64,000 nt of DNA, from NCBI GenBank assembly GCA_051747585.1, contig JBNJGH010000005.1, forward strand, positions 1-64,000. Direction: 5' to 3'. Shown here piece after piece: positions 19,893 through 28,945 of this stretch (its first letter is position 1; each line of letters opens with the position of its first letter). The position numbers were made by a program, and so were the translations under genes. A model generated the notes under the pieces. It saw only the letters and a program-made list of their open reading frames with translations, had not been told where the DNA came from and searched no databases. Source of the DNA: Candidatus Rifleibacteriota bacterium (GTDB lineage Bacteria; Muiribacteriota; Ozemobacteria; Ozemobacterales; Ozemobacteraceae).

Positions 19893-21296
19893 CTATTTTT
19901 TTAACTGGGGTCTGCGTTTTCTGACTCTGACCCTTACTGCCTGTTCAACTACTTTATCTTCAAGGCCGGTTATTCCTTTTGCTTCAAAAATCACATCAAG
20001 ACCGGGCTCGAGAGCTGCAATAGTTTCTTCGGTAAGAGCAGAAAAAGGAAAAAATATTTCCCGACCATCATGGGATCGAATTATGCCCACTTTTCTCTCT
20101 TCATCGAAACTTTCTATTTTGCCGGGCAAAGCATCAGAAACGCTGTGTTCATGTAACTTTTTGACCTGAACGGCGACAGGGCTGTTTTTGTCTTTAACAA
20201 TTCCAAACTCAACCGGGTCGCCCTTGGTTAAATTTTCTTCTATCTCAGGTGTTAAAGCAGAAAAATGAAGCAGAACTTCAGGAAAGTCATCGCAGGAAAG
20301 CACTCCCATACCGGTTTCACGATTATACCATTTCACCCAGCCTTCAACAAACGCATCTGGAGTGGGGTCATAAATAATTTCTTCCACTGTTCTACCAATA
20401 TCTTTTCTGATTGAATCGATCTGGCCTATCAACTGTTTAACTTCAGGCTGTTCCGGGTTAATGGCAAGACAATCTTTAAGAGTTTCTACAGCCATTGCCA
20501 GCAGCCGACGTTTGAAATAAACCAGCCCCAGAAACAAAAGTGCCGGCGCATCTTTGGGCTTTATTCTCAAAGATTCAAGCAGATTGGCCTCGGCTTCTTC
20601 AAGCATATCAAGCTCATAAAGTATACTACCGATATCACGACGAAACGCGGCATTATAAGGGAACCTCTTTATTAACTGACTATAAACGTCCAGTGCTTCA
20701 TCAAACCACTTCATTTTATTATAAATCTCAGCCAGCTGCTGCATAGCATCGAGATTTTTCGGGTCTGCTGCAAGAATGTTTTTAAATTCTTCGGCAGCCT
20801 CGAGAAAATGAGTGTCGGCATTGTCGTCATCATGCTTAAGCCGGTATATCTCGCCAATGTTTTTATGAAAATGCGCCTTTCGCTGACCTGTTTCCAATCC
20901 CTGTCTGTAGTTCTTCAGGGCATTTTCTATATCGCCACAAAGGCGGTAAGCCAGGCCAATGGTTTCATAATAATCTGGCTCTCCCGAGTCTTTATTTATG
21001 CACCATTTCAACTTTTTTATTGCTTCTGTGTATTTTTCTTCCACCAGATCATCAACAGCTTCATCGAACTTTTCTTTAATTTCTTCAAGAAATTCCGCCA
21101 GCTGCTCATCGTATTCTTCCCGTCTTTCGTCATCAGTAAGCAATTCAAAAGCATTTTTTAATTGCTTTAATTTGGGAATATTTGACAAAGGAGAATCAGT
21201 TGAAAAAAGCTGGGTATAATTTTTTTTGTAAGCCGCTGCTATTTCTTCGAGGCTTGCAAAATTAGGCACCCCGAATAGTTGATAAAGATTGCGCAT
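19893..21296 (-). CDS. J-domain-like + TPR + two cold-shock (OB) domains protein
   Basis: J-like NLYQLFGV..AS.EEI..AY...AFELLTD..RREEY without HPD; TPRs; GWVKWYN..GMG..VLLHFSAL and GKIESFD..G.I..IFFPFSAL. Start set at ATG 21296, downstream of the predicted promoter. Confidence 0.8.
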   Translation of the reverse strand: MRNLYQLFGVPNFASLEEIAAAYKKNYTQLFSTDSPLSNIPKLKQLKNAFELLTDDERREEYDEQLAEFLEEIKEKFDEAVDDLVEEKYTEAIKKLKWCINKDSGEPDYYETIGLAYRLCGDIENALKNYRQGLETGQRKAHFHKNIGEIYRLKHDDDNADTHFLEAAEEFKNILAADPKNLDAMQQLAEIYNKMKWFDEALDVYSQLIKRFPYNAAFRRDIGSILYELDMLEEAEANLLESLRIKPKDAPALLFLGLVYFKRRLLAMAVETLKDCLAINPEQPEVKQLIGQIDSIRKDIGRTVEEIIYDPTPDAFVEGWVKWYNRETGMGVLSCDDFPEVLLHFSALTPEIEENLTKGDPVEFGIVKDKNSPVAVQVKKLHEHSVSDALPGKIESFDEERKVGIIRSHDGREIFFPFSALTEETIAALEPGLDVIFEAKGITGLEDKVVEQAVRVRVRKRRPQLKK

Positions 21297-21339
21297 TTGT
21301 TCTGGATTAATCCCAATCAGCCTGAATTTGTACAGTGCC

Positions 21340-21368
21340 ATTGTACTTTATTATCAGCTTTTACGCAA
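21340..21368 (-). promoter_or_regulatory. sigma70-type promoter of the J/TPR/CSD gene
   Basis: TTGCGT-N17-TACAAT on the minus strand. Confidence 0.65.
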
Positions 21369-21384
21369 CACCCGGCATAATAAT

Positions 21385-21739
21385 CCCAACGATTATCCAT
21401 TTAGTATTATTACGAGTTTTGGCTAGTTATTCTCCATTAATCTGTTAAAAAATCTTTAAACTGTTTGCGCCGTTCGAAGTGTTTAATTGTGTAAGTGTCG
21501 GAGTATGCCATTTATATCAAAAACATAAACCGCAAAAACCGATTGTTTTTGCAGGATGCAATAAACACGACTATGTTCCACAGGAAGTGGAATCATAGGC
21601 GCGCATCGGTGTTGCGAGTGTTGTTTTTGCTAAATAAATGAGCATACGTAGATGTGAAACAATTAAACACTTTGATAAGGCAAAAAAAAGCGGAATTGTT
21701 CTTTAAGCCTGAATTAGAGCTAAATGGATAATCACTGGG
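21385..21739 (-). other. ~355-nt nested fold-back element (candidate structured ncRNA or MITE-like element)
   Basis: Nested inverted repeats 21385-21404/21720-21739, 21477-21490/21659-21672 (perfect 14 bp), 21503-21515/21634-21647, and further inner stems to 21565-21604. Confidence 0.75.
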
Positions 21740-21797
21740 CTCTGCAAACAATTTGTTGAAATAGGAACCTGTTATAGAGTAAATTGAGCTGCTGCAT

Positions 21798-22901
21798 ATG
21801 AAAATCGCGATAAAAACCATTGACAGATATATTTTAAAAGAGATGCTCGAACCATTTTTATTCGGCATGTCTTTCTTTGTTGCAATCTGGCTTATTGACC
21901 TGATGATGCAGCTGATCAATCTTATTTTTTCCAAAGGGGTACCTCTGTCGGTCGTTTCAATGTTTTTTATTTACAGCCTCCCCCCAACGCTGGTCATAAG
22001 CTTTCCAATGGCTTTATTGTTGTCAAATCTGGTAGCATTTGGCAGGCTTTCTTCAGATTCGGAAATCACCGCAATGAAAGCCGGGGGGTATAGCTTTACC
22101 AGAATTGTAGCACCAGCTATTCTGGCCGGAATTTTTATTACTTCGCTGACATTTTTGTTTAACGAAAAACTGGTGCCGATAGCTAACCAGAAATTCACCA
22201 ATTTATTCAGACGGGAGGTAACCTTGAAAAGGCCTCTGCCGAAGGTTGCCGAGAACAGATTTTTTAATGCAGGTCCGGGGCGCAACTTTTTTGTAAGAAG
22301 ATTTGACGAAAAAACCAGAGACATGTACGGAGTTGTAATGTACGAGGGGCAATCAAAAGGCTTTCCACGAGTTATAGAAGCAGAAAAGGCCCGGATAGAA
22401 GGCGGAATTTGTTATTTCTGGAAAGGACGAATATCTGACATTCATCGAAGTGGTGCAGATAATAACTACACATATTTTAACGAGATGGAATACCCTATTG
22501 ACACCCATTACGTAAATCCCGACCACGTACCTGAACAAAAAAACGCGAGAACCATGGGTGTTTGGAAGCTTTACAATTTTATTCAGGAATCAGAAAAAAA
22601 AGGCATATCTGAAAAGATTATTGTAGAGCACTGGATAGAGCTCTGGTCGAAAACCGCGATACCTTTCGCAAGTCTTATTTTTGTTTTAATCGGCGCTCCA
22701 TTAGGCTCGCAAACCACCAGATCCGGAACTGGAATCGGCATAGGAATGTCGGTGGTAATAATATTCTTCTATTATGTCCTTTTCGCTGCCGGCAAAGCTT
22801 TTGCCAAAGGCGCTGTTTTACCACCCTTCTGGGGGGTCTGGTTCCCCAACTTCTTTATCGGCATAATAGGACTCTGGCTGATATTCAAATCTAAAGCCTG
22901 A
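21798..22901 (+). CDS. LptF/LptG (YjgP/YjgQ) family LPS export permease
   Basis: IDRYILKE, LP..L..SFP, RLSSDSEITAMKAGGYS, W.PN. Confidence 0.9.
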   Translation: MKIAIKTIDRYILKEMLEPFLFGMSFFVAIWLIDLMMQLINLIFSKGVPLSVVSMFFIYSLPPTLVISFPMALLLSNLVAFGRLSSDSEITAMKAGGYSFTRIVAPAILAGIFITSLTFLFNEKLVPIANQKFTNLFRREVTLKRPLPKVAENRFFNAGPGRNFFVRRFDEKTRDMYGVVMYEGQSKGFPRVIEAEKARIEGGICYFWKGRISDIHRSGADNNYTYFNEMEYPIDTHYVNPDHVPEQKNARTMGVWKLYNFIQESEKKGISEKIIVEHWIELWSKTAIPFASLIFVLIGAPLGSQTTRSGTGIGIGMSVVIIFFYYVLFAAGKAFAKGAVLPPFWGVWFPNFFIGIIGLWLIFKSKA

Positions 22902-22935
22902 TAATACTCACTCTTTAATACAAGGAGACACAAAA

Positions 22936-24702
22936 GTGAAAAAGCAACTTGTCGAACTAATACATCAAAGCTTTAACAAATTAATGCAGCGTTACAATAT
23001 TGACGACCTCAATTTTATTGATCTTCAGGTGCCTCCAGATAAAAGTAAAGGCGATTTTTCCATGAATGCCGCAATGAAGTTGGCAAAGCAGGCCAAATGT
23101 CCGCCCCGTAAACTTGCCGAAGAAATGGTAGAAGCACTGAACAAGCACGATAGCTGGTTTGAGAAAATTGAAATAGCGGGCCCGGGCTTTATAAATTTAT
23201 TTGTTAGAAATTCTGCTATTGAAGAAAGTTTTAAAAACTTCAGCAGCCAGAAAGATATCGATCTTACCAATAGGTCTGAAGATGAAAAAACCGTTATCGA
23301 TTATTCAAGTGTCAATATCGCAAAACAGATGCATGTTGGCCATCTGCGCTCAACTATTATCGGTGATGTTCTTGCAAGAATAATAGAAAGCACCGGCAAC
23401 ACCGTTATTCGCCAGAATCATCTCGGCGACTGGGGCCTGCCCATGGCGATGGTTTTATGGAAAGCCGGCCCGATACTGAGAGACGCAGAAAAAAACGGCA
23501 AATCTATTGAAGAGCTGTTGCCCCTCGCCAGACTTGAAGAACTATACAAGCAGGCCACTGCCGAGTGTAAAACCGACCCACAGGCAGCAGAAGAATGTCA
23601 TGACTATCTGGTAAGGCTGCAAAACAAAGACTCACAACTTATCGAAGACTGGAAAACGATTACCAGAATTTCCATGGCCGAAGTATATAGAATCTATAAA
23701 CTTCTCGACGTAAAGCTTACTGAAGAAAATGAATGCGGAGAAAGCTTCTATCGCGAAATGCTTGCCGACACTGTTGCTGAGATAAATAAAAGTGGTTTGT
23801 TAAAAGAGTCGCAAAATGCCCTCTGTGTTTTTCTCGATGAATTCAAGGGCAAAGATGGAAAACCACTGCCATTGATAGTTCAAAAATCAAATGGCGGTTA
23901 TAATTACGGAACTTTTGATCTGGCGGCAATAAGATACAGATGCAACAAACTTGGCGCAAAGAGAATCATCTATGTTACCGACGCGCGTCAGATTCTTCAT
24001 TTCAAACAAATCTTTGCAACCGCAAAAGCCTGTGGAATTTTAAACAACAATGATGTCATACTGGAGCATGTATCTTTTGGCAGCATTCTGGGCGAGAACA
24101 ACAAGCCTCTAAAAACCCGGAGCGGAGAGAATGTAAAACTTTCAAACCTGCTTAATCAGGCGATCACCCAGGCATATAACGTTGTCAGCGAAAAGAATCC
24201 ATCCTTATCTGAAGAATATAAACAGGAAGTAGCCAAAATGGTAGGAGTCGGGGCCATAAAATACGCTGATCTCGCCCAGAACCGCAACAATGACTATGTT
24301 TTCTCATTTGACCGAATGCTGGCATTAAACGGCAATACAGCCCCATATTTGCAATATGCCCATGCACGCATTTGTTCGATCTTTCGCAAAGCAAATATAA
24401 ACCCTGAAAATTATTCGGGAACAGTTGAAATAACCCATCCCTCAGAACGCGATCTGGTGCTGAAAATGATGGAATTACCTCTAGTTGTTGAAGCAGTAGC
24501 AAGAGAACTTAGACCTCACATTCTATGCAACTATCTTTACGAGCTGGCTACAGCTTTTTCAGCATTTTACGATAAATGTCCGGTTCTGAATACCGAGAAT
24601 GAAAATCTACGCCGCTGCAGACTGGCAATTTGCAATACCGCCAGAAAAACCCTGAGCAAAGGTCTTGAATTACTTGGAATTGCGGCACCAGAGGAGATGT
24701 AA
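22936..24702 (+). CDS. argS: Arginine--tRNA ligase
   Basis: IAGPGFIN, DYSSVNIAKQMHVGHLRST, KTRSGE, GNTAPYLQYAHARI. Confidence 0.97.
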   Translation: MKKQLVELIHQSFNKLMQRYNIDDLNFIDLQVPPDKSKGDFSMNAAMKLAKQAKCPPRKLAEEMVEALNKHDSWFEKIEIAGPGFINLFVRNSAIEESFKNFSSQKDIDLTNRSEDEKTVIDYSSVNIAKQMHVGHLRSTIIGDVLARIIESTGNTVIRQNHLGDWGLPMAMVLWKAGPILRDAEKNGKSIEELLPLARLEELYKQATAECKTDPQAAEECHDYLVRLQNKDSQLIEDWKTITRISMAEVYRIYKLLDVKLTEENECGESFYREMLADTVAEINKSGLLKESQNALCVFLDEFKGKDGKPLPLIVQKSNGGYNYGTFDLAAIRYRCNKLGAKRIIYVTDARQILHFKQIFATAKACGILNNNDVILEHVSFGSILGENNKPLKTRSGENVKLSNLLNQAITQAYNVVSEKNPSLSEEYKQEVAKMVGVGAIKYADLAQNRNNDYVFSFDRMLALNGNTAPYLQYAHARICSIFRKANINPENYSGTVEITHPSERDLVLKMMELPLVVEAVARELRPHILCNYLYELATAFSAFYDKCPVLNTENENLRRCRLAICNTARKTLSKGLELLGIAAPEEM

Positions 24703-24704
24703 CA

Positions 24705-27449
24705 ATGAATGTTTGTCCGCATTGTTCTTCAAAATCAGTTTCCGGCCGTTACTGCGGTAAATGTGGCAAGCCTGTCGACATATCACCCAGGCCAGAAACA
24801 GAGAAAGCACCTGCTGAAACAATTTCTGAAAAATCGGAAGAAACAAAAAAGTATGATGCCTCTGATCTTGAAAGACTCGAAAATGGATTAAAAAATGCCC
24901 CGGATAATCCAGACGCCTACCTGAAACTGGCCCGGGCACAGATTGCGATCAACCGCCTTGAAGCCGCTTATTCAACTTATAGAGCTGCCAGGGCTATTGA
25001 ACCAGACAACCTGGAGATTATCAGGAGTGGTGCCGAAATCCTTACAGCCCTCAATCGCCGCGAAGAAGCGATCAAACTCTTCCAACGGGTGATTGAACAA
25101 AATCCACGAGATATTGACTCGACGATGAAGCTTGTAGAACTCTTATACGACACAGGCCAGAAAGAAAAAGCACTTAACTGTCTTAACAATATCGAAAACA
25201 AAGAAAAACAACCCGCCATATTAATTCGTACAGCACAGATCCATTTAAGTATGGGTAATGCTTCAGAAGCGCAGCAGCATTTGAAAAAATACCGACAACT
25301 GGCTGGAAATACCAGAGAAATGTTTCTGCTTATGGGGCAAACAATGCTGACAAGAAAATTTTTTGATGGCGCAGTTAAAAACTTCAAAGAAGCCGTAAAC
25401 TACTTTCCCGGGGATGCATCCATGCGCCTGGGTCTTGGCAAGGCTTACCTTGGCATGGGCGAAAAGGGGCAGGCCCTGCTGGAATTCGAGCAGGGATTGA
25501 AAATTGCGAGCAATGACATTCAAATTCTGCTCGAACTTGGTAAGTTACAAAATGCCATGGGCATGGATGAACAAGCAGACAAAACCTTTTCTCATATTGA
25601 AAGTTCTGAGAATAAAAACGGAGAAGATTTGCTCGACCTGGCCCGACATTTTATTGAGCGAAACAAGCTGAACCGGGCAAAAAAATACTTACAACAAGCT
25701 CACGAACTCAGCCCCTATAATGGCGAGGTCCTAAAATCACAAGGAGAAATACTGGAAAAACAAAAAAAATTTGTTGAAGCCGAAAAGATTTATAAACAAA
25801 TGCTTGCTCATGCCCCTGAAGCAATTTGGGCTCATGCCGGTATTATTCGTTGCGCTGACAACACCGGCGATTTCGAACTTAAGGCTCGCTCGCAACAAAA
25901 ATTACTTGAAATAGCCCCTCCAACCGCTGAGCTCTGGTGCGATTATGGCGAAACCCTTATTAAAACAGGAGATTTTGACAAAGCCCAAACTGCCTTTGAA
26001 AAAGCGGCGGCGCTTGACCCCACCTGTGTGCGGGCCTATCAGGCACCGGAATTAATAAAACAGGAAAAAGCAAGAGCAAATGGCGCACAGCTCGTTGAAC
26101 AGGCAAGAGAAGCTATTGCCAAAAAGTTCTATCTTACCGCGACAGAAAGGCTTGAAAAAGCTCTTAAACTTGTTCCTGGCGAGACTGAATGGACTAAGCT
26201 TCTGGCAGAAGTATCAATAAACACTGCCGATACCAAAAAGGCTTCGGCTCTTTTATCTAAAGTGCGTGCCAAAGACCCCGCCGATTACCAGACAAGTTTG
26301 CATCTTGCCAGAGTTTATGAAGCCGAAGGAAAAATCCAGCTTGCAATCGAGCTTTTATCGACCATTACCAAAGACCATCCCCTTGAGCTAGATGCTCACC
26401 TGATATTACTTCGTCTGAAAAGAAGTCAGCTTAGAAGCAACAAGGTAGAGACCGATATGTTCTCTGCTCTTATAAGAAACATAGAACTCGAGCTTGCGTT
26501 TCTCAAAAAAGAGTCGCCGGTACCTCTTCTGGTAAAAGGATACGCCTGCTATCTGTTCAGTTATAGATCCAGAATTCAACAAGAAGGCTTTAAAAAAGCC
26601 GAAGCTGCTTTTAACGAAGCCATTGAAAAGTTTGGCGAAAACGAAGAAAGTCTTGAAGGCTTGAGTCTGCTCGAACGTGCCAAAGCAAACAGCCTTAAAG
26701 CAGTCGATTATACAAAAAATCTGGTTAGAATTTCTTCAGACCCTCGCAAGCTCTATGTTCTAGCCCGCCTGCACGAAAATTTTCAGCACTTTTCCGATGC
26801 AAAGAAATGCTATGAATCATTAAAAAATCTTTTTCCTGAAAACGGTTTATTCAGAAAGAAACTGATTGAAATGATCGGAGAAATTTCCAACAGCAGCAGC
26901 AAAAATGAATTGCTGAATTATTTATCTGAGCTTAACCAAAACATTCAAAGCAAAGCCGACCAGGTTTGGCTGCTTTATGAGACCGCTTTGGTACAGCAAT
27001 TCCTGGCAGAGCACTCAGCACAATCGGACGAATGGAGAAAAAAGTCTCTTTTAAGCTGGCATAAAGCTGCCAATCATCTAAGAACCAATCATTGGGTTAG
27101 ATGGGGCCTGCTCGAGGCTCAGTTTAAATTTCTGACGGGAGTCGAAAAACAGCGGGCGGCCGCCAACAATCTCAAGGCATGCGAAAAAATTCTGCGTGAA
27201 ATTCCTGACAACAGTCTCGCTCAGAAAGCAACAGGACAATGTTACCTTGCTTTTGGTGACCTTGTTAATACTGACAAAGCTCTCAACCATCTTGAAAAGG
27301 CATGGTTTTTATCACACCAGTATTCAGACACGGGCTTTTTACTGGCAAAAACAGGCAAAGAACTTGGTAGGTCTGTAGTGGTAGACGCAGTTGGTTATAA
27401 CATGATACTATTAGAACCTGAAATAGCTCAAAGTATCTTTCAGTTATGA
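24705..27449 (+). CDS. Zinc-ribbon + multi-TPR protein
   Basis: CPHC...YCGKCG N-terminus followed by many TPRs. Confidence 0.8.
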   Translation: MNVCPHCSSKSVSGRYCGKCGKPVDISPRPETEKAPAETISEKSEETKKYDASDLERLENGLKNAPDNPDAYLKLARAQIAINRLEAAYSTYRAARAIEPDNLEIIRSGAEILTALNRREEAIKLFQRVIEQNPRDIDSTMKLVELLYDTGQKEKALNCLNNIENKEKQPAILIRTAQIHLSMGNASEAQQHLKKYRQLAGNTREMFLLMGQTMLTRKFFDGAVKNFKEAVNYFPGDASMRLGLGKAYLGMGEKGQALLEFEQGLKIASNDIQILLELGKLQNAMGMDEQADKTFSHIESSENKNGEDLLDLARHFIERNKLNRAKKYLQQAHELSPYNGEVLKSQGEILEKQKKFVEAEKIYKQMLAHAPEAIWAHAGIIRCADNTGDFELKARSQQKLLEIAPPTAELWCDYGETLIKTGDFDKAQTAFEKAAALDPTCVRAYQAPELIKQEKARANGAQLVEQAREAIAKKFYLTATERLEKALKLVPGETEWTKLLAEVSINTADTKKASALLSKVRAKDPADYQTSLHLARVYEAEGKIQLAIELLSTITKDHPLELDAHLILLRLKRSQLRSNKVETDMFSALIRNIELELAFLKKESPVPLLVKGYACYLFSYRSRIQQEGFKKAEAAFNEAIEKFGENEESLEGLSLLERAKANSLKAVDYTKNLVRISSDPRKLYVLARLHENFQHFSDAKKCYESLKNLFPENGLFRKKLIEMIGEISNSSSKNELLNYLSELNQNIQSKADQVWLLYETALVQQFLAEHSAQSDEWRKKSLLSWHKAANHLRTNHWVRWGLLEAQFKFLTGVEKQRAAANNLKACEKILREIPDNSLAQKATGQCYLAFGDLVNTDKALNHLEKAWFLSHQYSDTGFLLAKTGKELGRSVVVDAVGYNMILLEPEIAQSIFQL

Positions 27450-27478
27450 TGTAAAACTGCCAGAAAGACGTTTAATAA

Positions 27479-27979
27479 TTGAAAGTTAAAATAAAAAAAC
27501 TGCTGGAAAGCATGCCGGCCAATTCGATTCACCTGAGAATGCAGGTTCAGGGGAGTTCTGAAACACTTGCCCTTATAAGAAGGGTAATTGTAGCGTGCGT
27601 TCAAAACCTTGAACTCAGTGCAGCAGTTCTGAACGACATCAAGCTGGCCACAACCGAAGCATGCACAAATGTCATAAAGCACGCATATAAATTTGATGAC
27701 TCAATGTTTTTTGACCTTGAAATAAAAACCAGCAACGAGGTTTTCGTAGTGGAAGTTTTCTACGAAGACCCCGGTTTCGTTCCTGATAATATTCCGCTTC
27801 CAGACCTCAAAGAAATTAAAGAAGGCGGCCTCGGAGTATTTATCATAAGAAATATTATGGATCATGTCGACTATCAAACAGATCAGCAAACAGGAAAAGT
27901 CAAGTTGCAGATGGTCAAGATACTTAATCAGAACAGCAGTGACGGAGGCCAAGGTGAAAATAGAACGAAAGATAGATGA
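27479..27979 (+). CDS. Anti-sigma factor / Ser kinase (RsbW/SpoIIAB-like)
   Basis: EACTNVIKHAY N-box; EGGLGVFIIRNIMD. Confidence 0.88.
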   Translation: MKVKIKKLLESMPANSIHLRMQVQGSSETLALIRRVIVACVQNLELSAAVLNDIKLATTEACTNVIKHAYKFDDSMFFDLEIKTSNEVFVVEVFYEDPGFVPDNIPLPDLKEIKEGGLGVFIIRNIMDHVDYQTDQQTGKVKLQMVKILNQNSSDGGQGENRTKDR

Positions 27980-28259
27980 ATCTGCAAAATTAAAAGTTTT
28001 TGCTATCGAAGGTGAACTCGATGTTCATCACGTAAAAAATTTGAAATCAGAAATTCTTGAAGAGCTCGAACCACCCGGATGGACCTATGAGCTGGACATG
28101 GATGATGTTTCATACCTTGACAGCTCAGGGCTTGGGATGCTCGTCTATTTAAAAAAAGAAATAGTAAAGCATGAAGGAAAGCTGAAAATTTCCAATCTCC
28201 ATGAGCCGGTATTAAACGTTTTCAAATTAACCAAATTAGACAGCTTTTTTGAAATTTAA
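27954..28259 (+). CDS. STAS anti-anti-sigma factor (RsbV/SpoIIAA-like)
   Basis: GTG start after GGAGG; GELD, YLDSSGLGML, VFKLTKLD. Confidence 0.9.
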   Translation: MKIERKIDESAKLKVFAIEGELDVHHVKNLKSEILEELEPPGWTYELDMDDVSYLDSSGLGMLVYLKKEIVKHEGKLKISNLHEPVLNVFKLTKLDSFFEI

Positions 28260-28279
28260 AACTGACTGACAACAGAAAT

Positions 28280-28930
28280 ATGACAAAAGACCTTAACAAC
28301 AACAGCCGGGAAGGGCTTTTTATAACCTTTGAAGGCCCTGAAGGAAGCGGAAAAACAACGCAGATAGAGTTTCTCCGCAATTTTTTCATAGAAAGAAACT
28401 ATCAGGTTATAACAACCAGAGAACCGGGCGGAACAATCGCCGGTGACAAGATTAGAGACATATTGCTGGACCATAGCAATGGCAGTCTCGAAGCGGAAAC
28501 CGAACTTTTTTTAATGCTGGCTCAAAGAAGTGAGCATTTAAAAAAAGTTATTAATCCAGCGATAATTTCTGGTAAAATAGTATTGTGTGACCGCTATTTC
28601 GACTCAAGCATGGCTTACCAGGGATATGGACGAAGATTGGCAACAAACATGATAAGAGCTGCGCACGAACAGTTTTTACCGGGTTTTTTACCCGATTTAA
28701 CCATATTACTGTTGATCAATCCGGAGACCGGCTTAAAAAGAGCTCTGCACCGAGGGAAGAAGTCACCAGATCGTATGGAATCTCAAACGATTGAATTCCA
28801 TAAAAGAGTATATGAAGGCTACCAAAAGCTTGCAGCAAATGAACCGGAACGTTTTATTCTAATTGAGAACCAGGGCGACCCAAAGCAAATCTCTGCTTTG
28901 ATTCGCAAAGAGTTAGAGAAAAAATTATAA
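28280..28930 (+). CDS. tmk: Thymidylate kinase
   Basis: FEGPEGSGKTTQ, TREPGGT, DRYFDSSMAYQG. Confidence 0.96.
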   Translation: MTKDLNNNSREGLFITFEGPEGSGKTTQIEFLRNFFIERNYQVITTREPGGTIAGDKIRDILLDHSNGSLEAETELFLMLAQRSEHLKKVINPAIISGKIVLCDRYFDSSMAYQGYGRRLATNMIRAAHEQFLPGFLPDLTILLLINPETGLKRALHRGKKSPDRMESQTIEFHKRVYEGYQKLAANEPERFILIENQGDPKQISALIRKELEKKL

Positions 28931-28945
28931 TTTTTTGAGGGAATA

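Noticed and set aside
21385..21739. Retron msr-msd, tmRNA or RNase P identity for the fold-back element
   Set aside because: There is no reverse transcriptase in the window, no tRNA-like GGGG...CCA ends, and no GAGGAAAGTCC RNase P motif.
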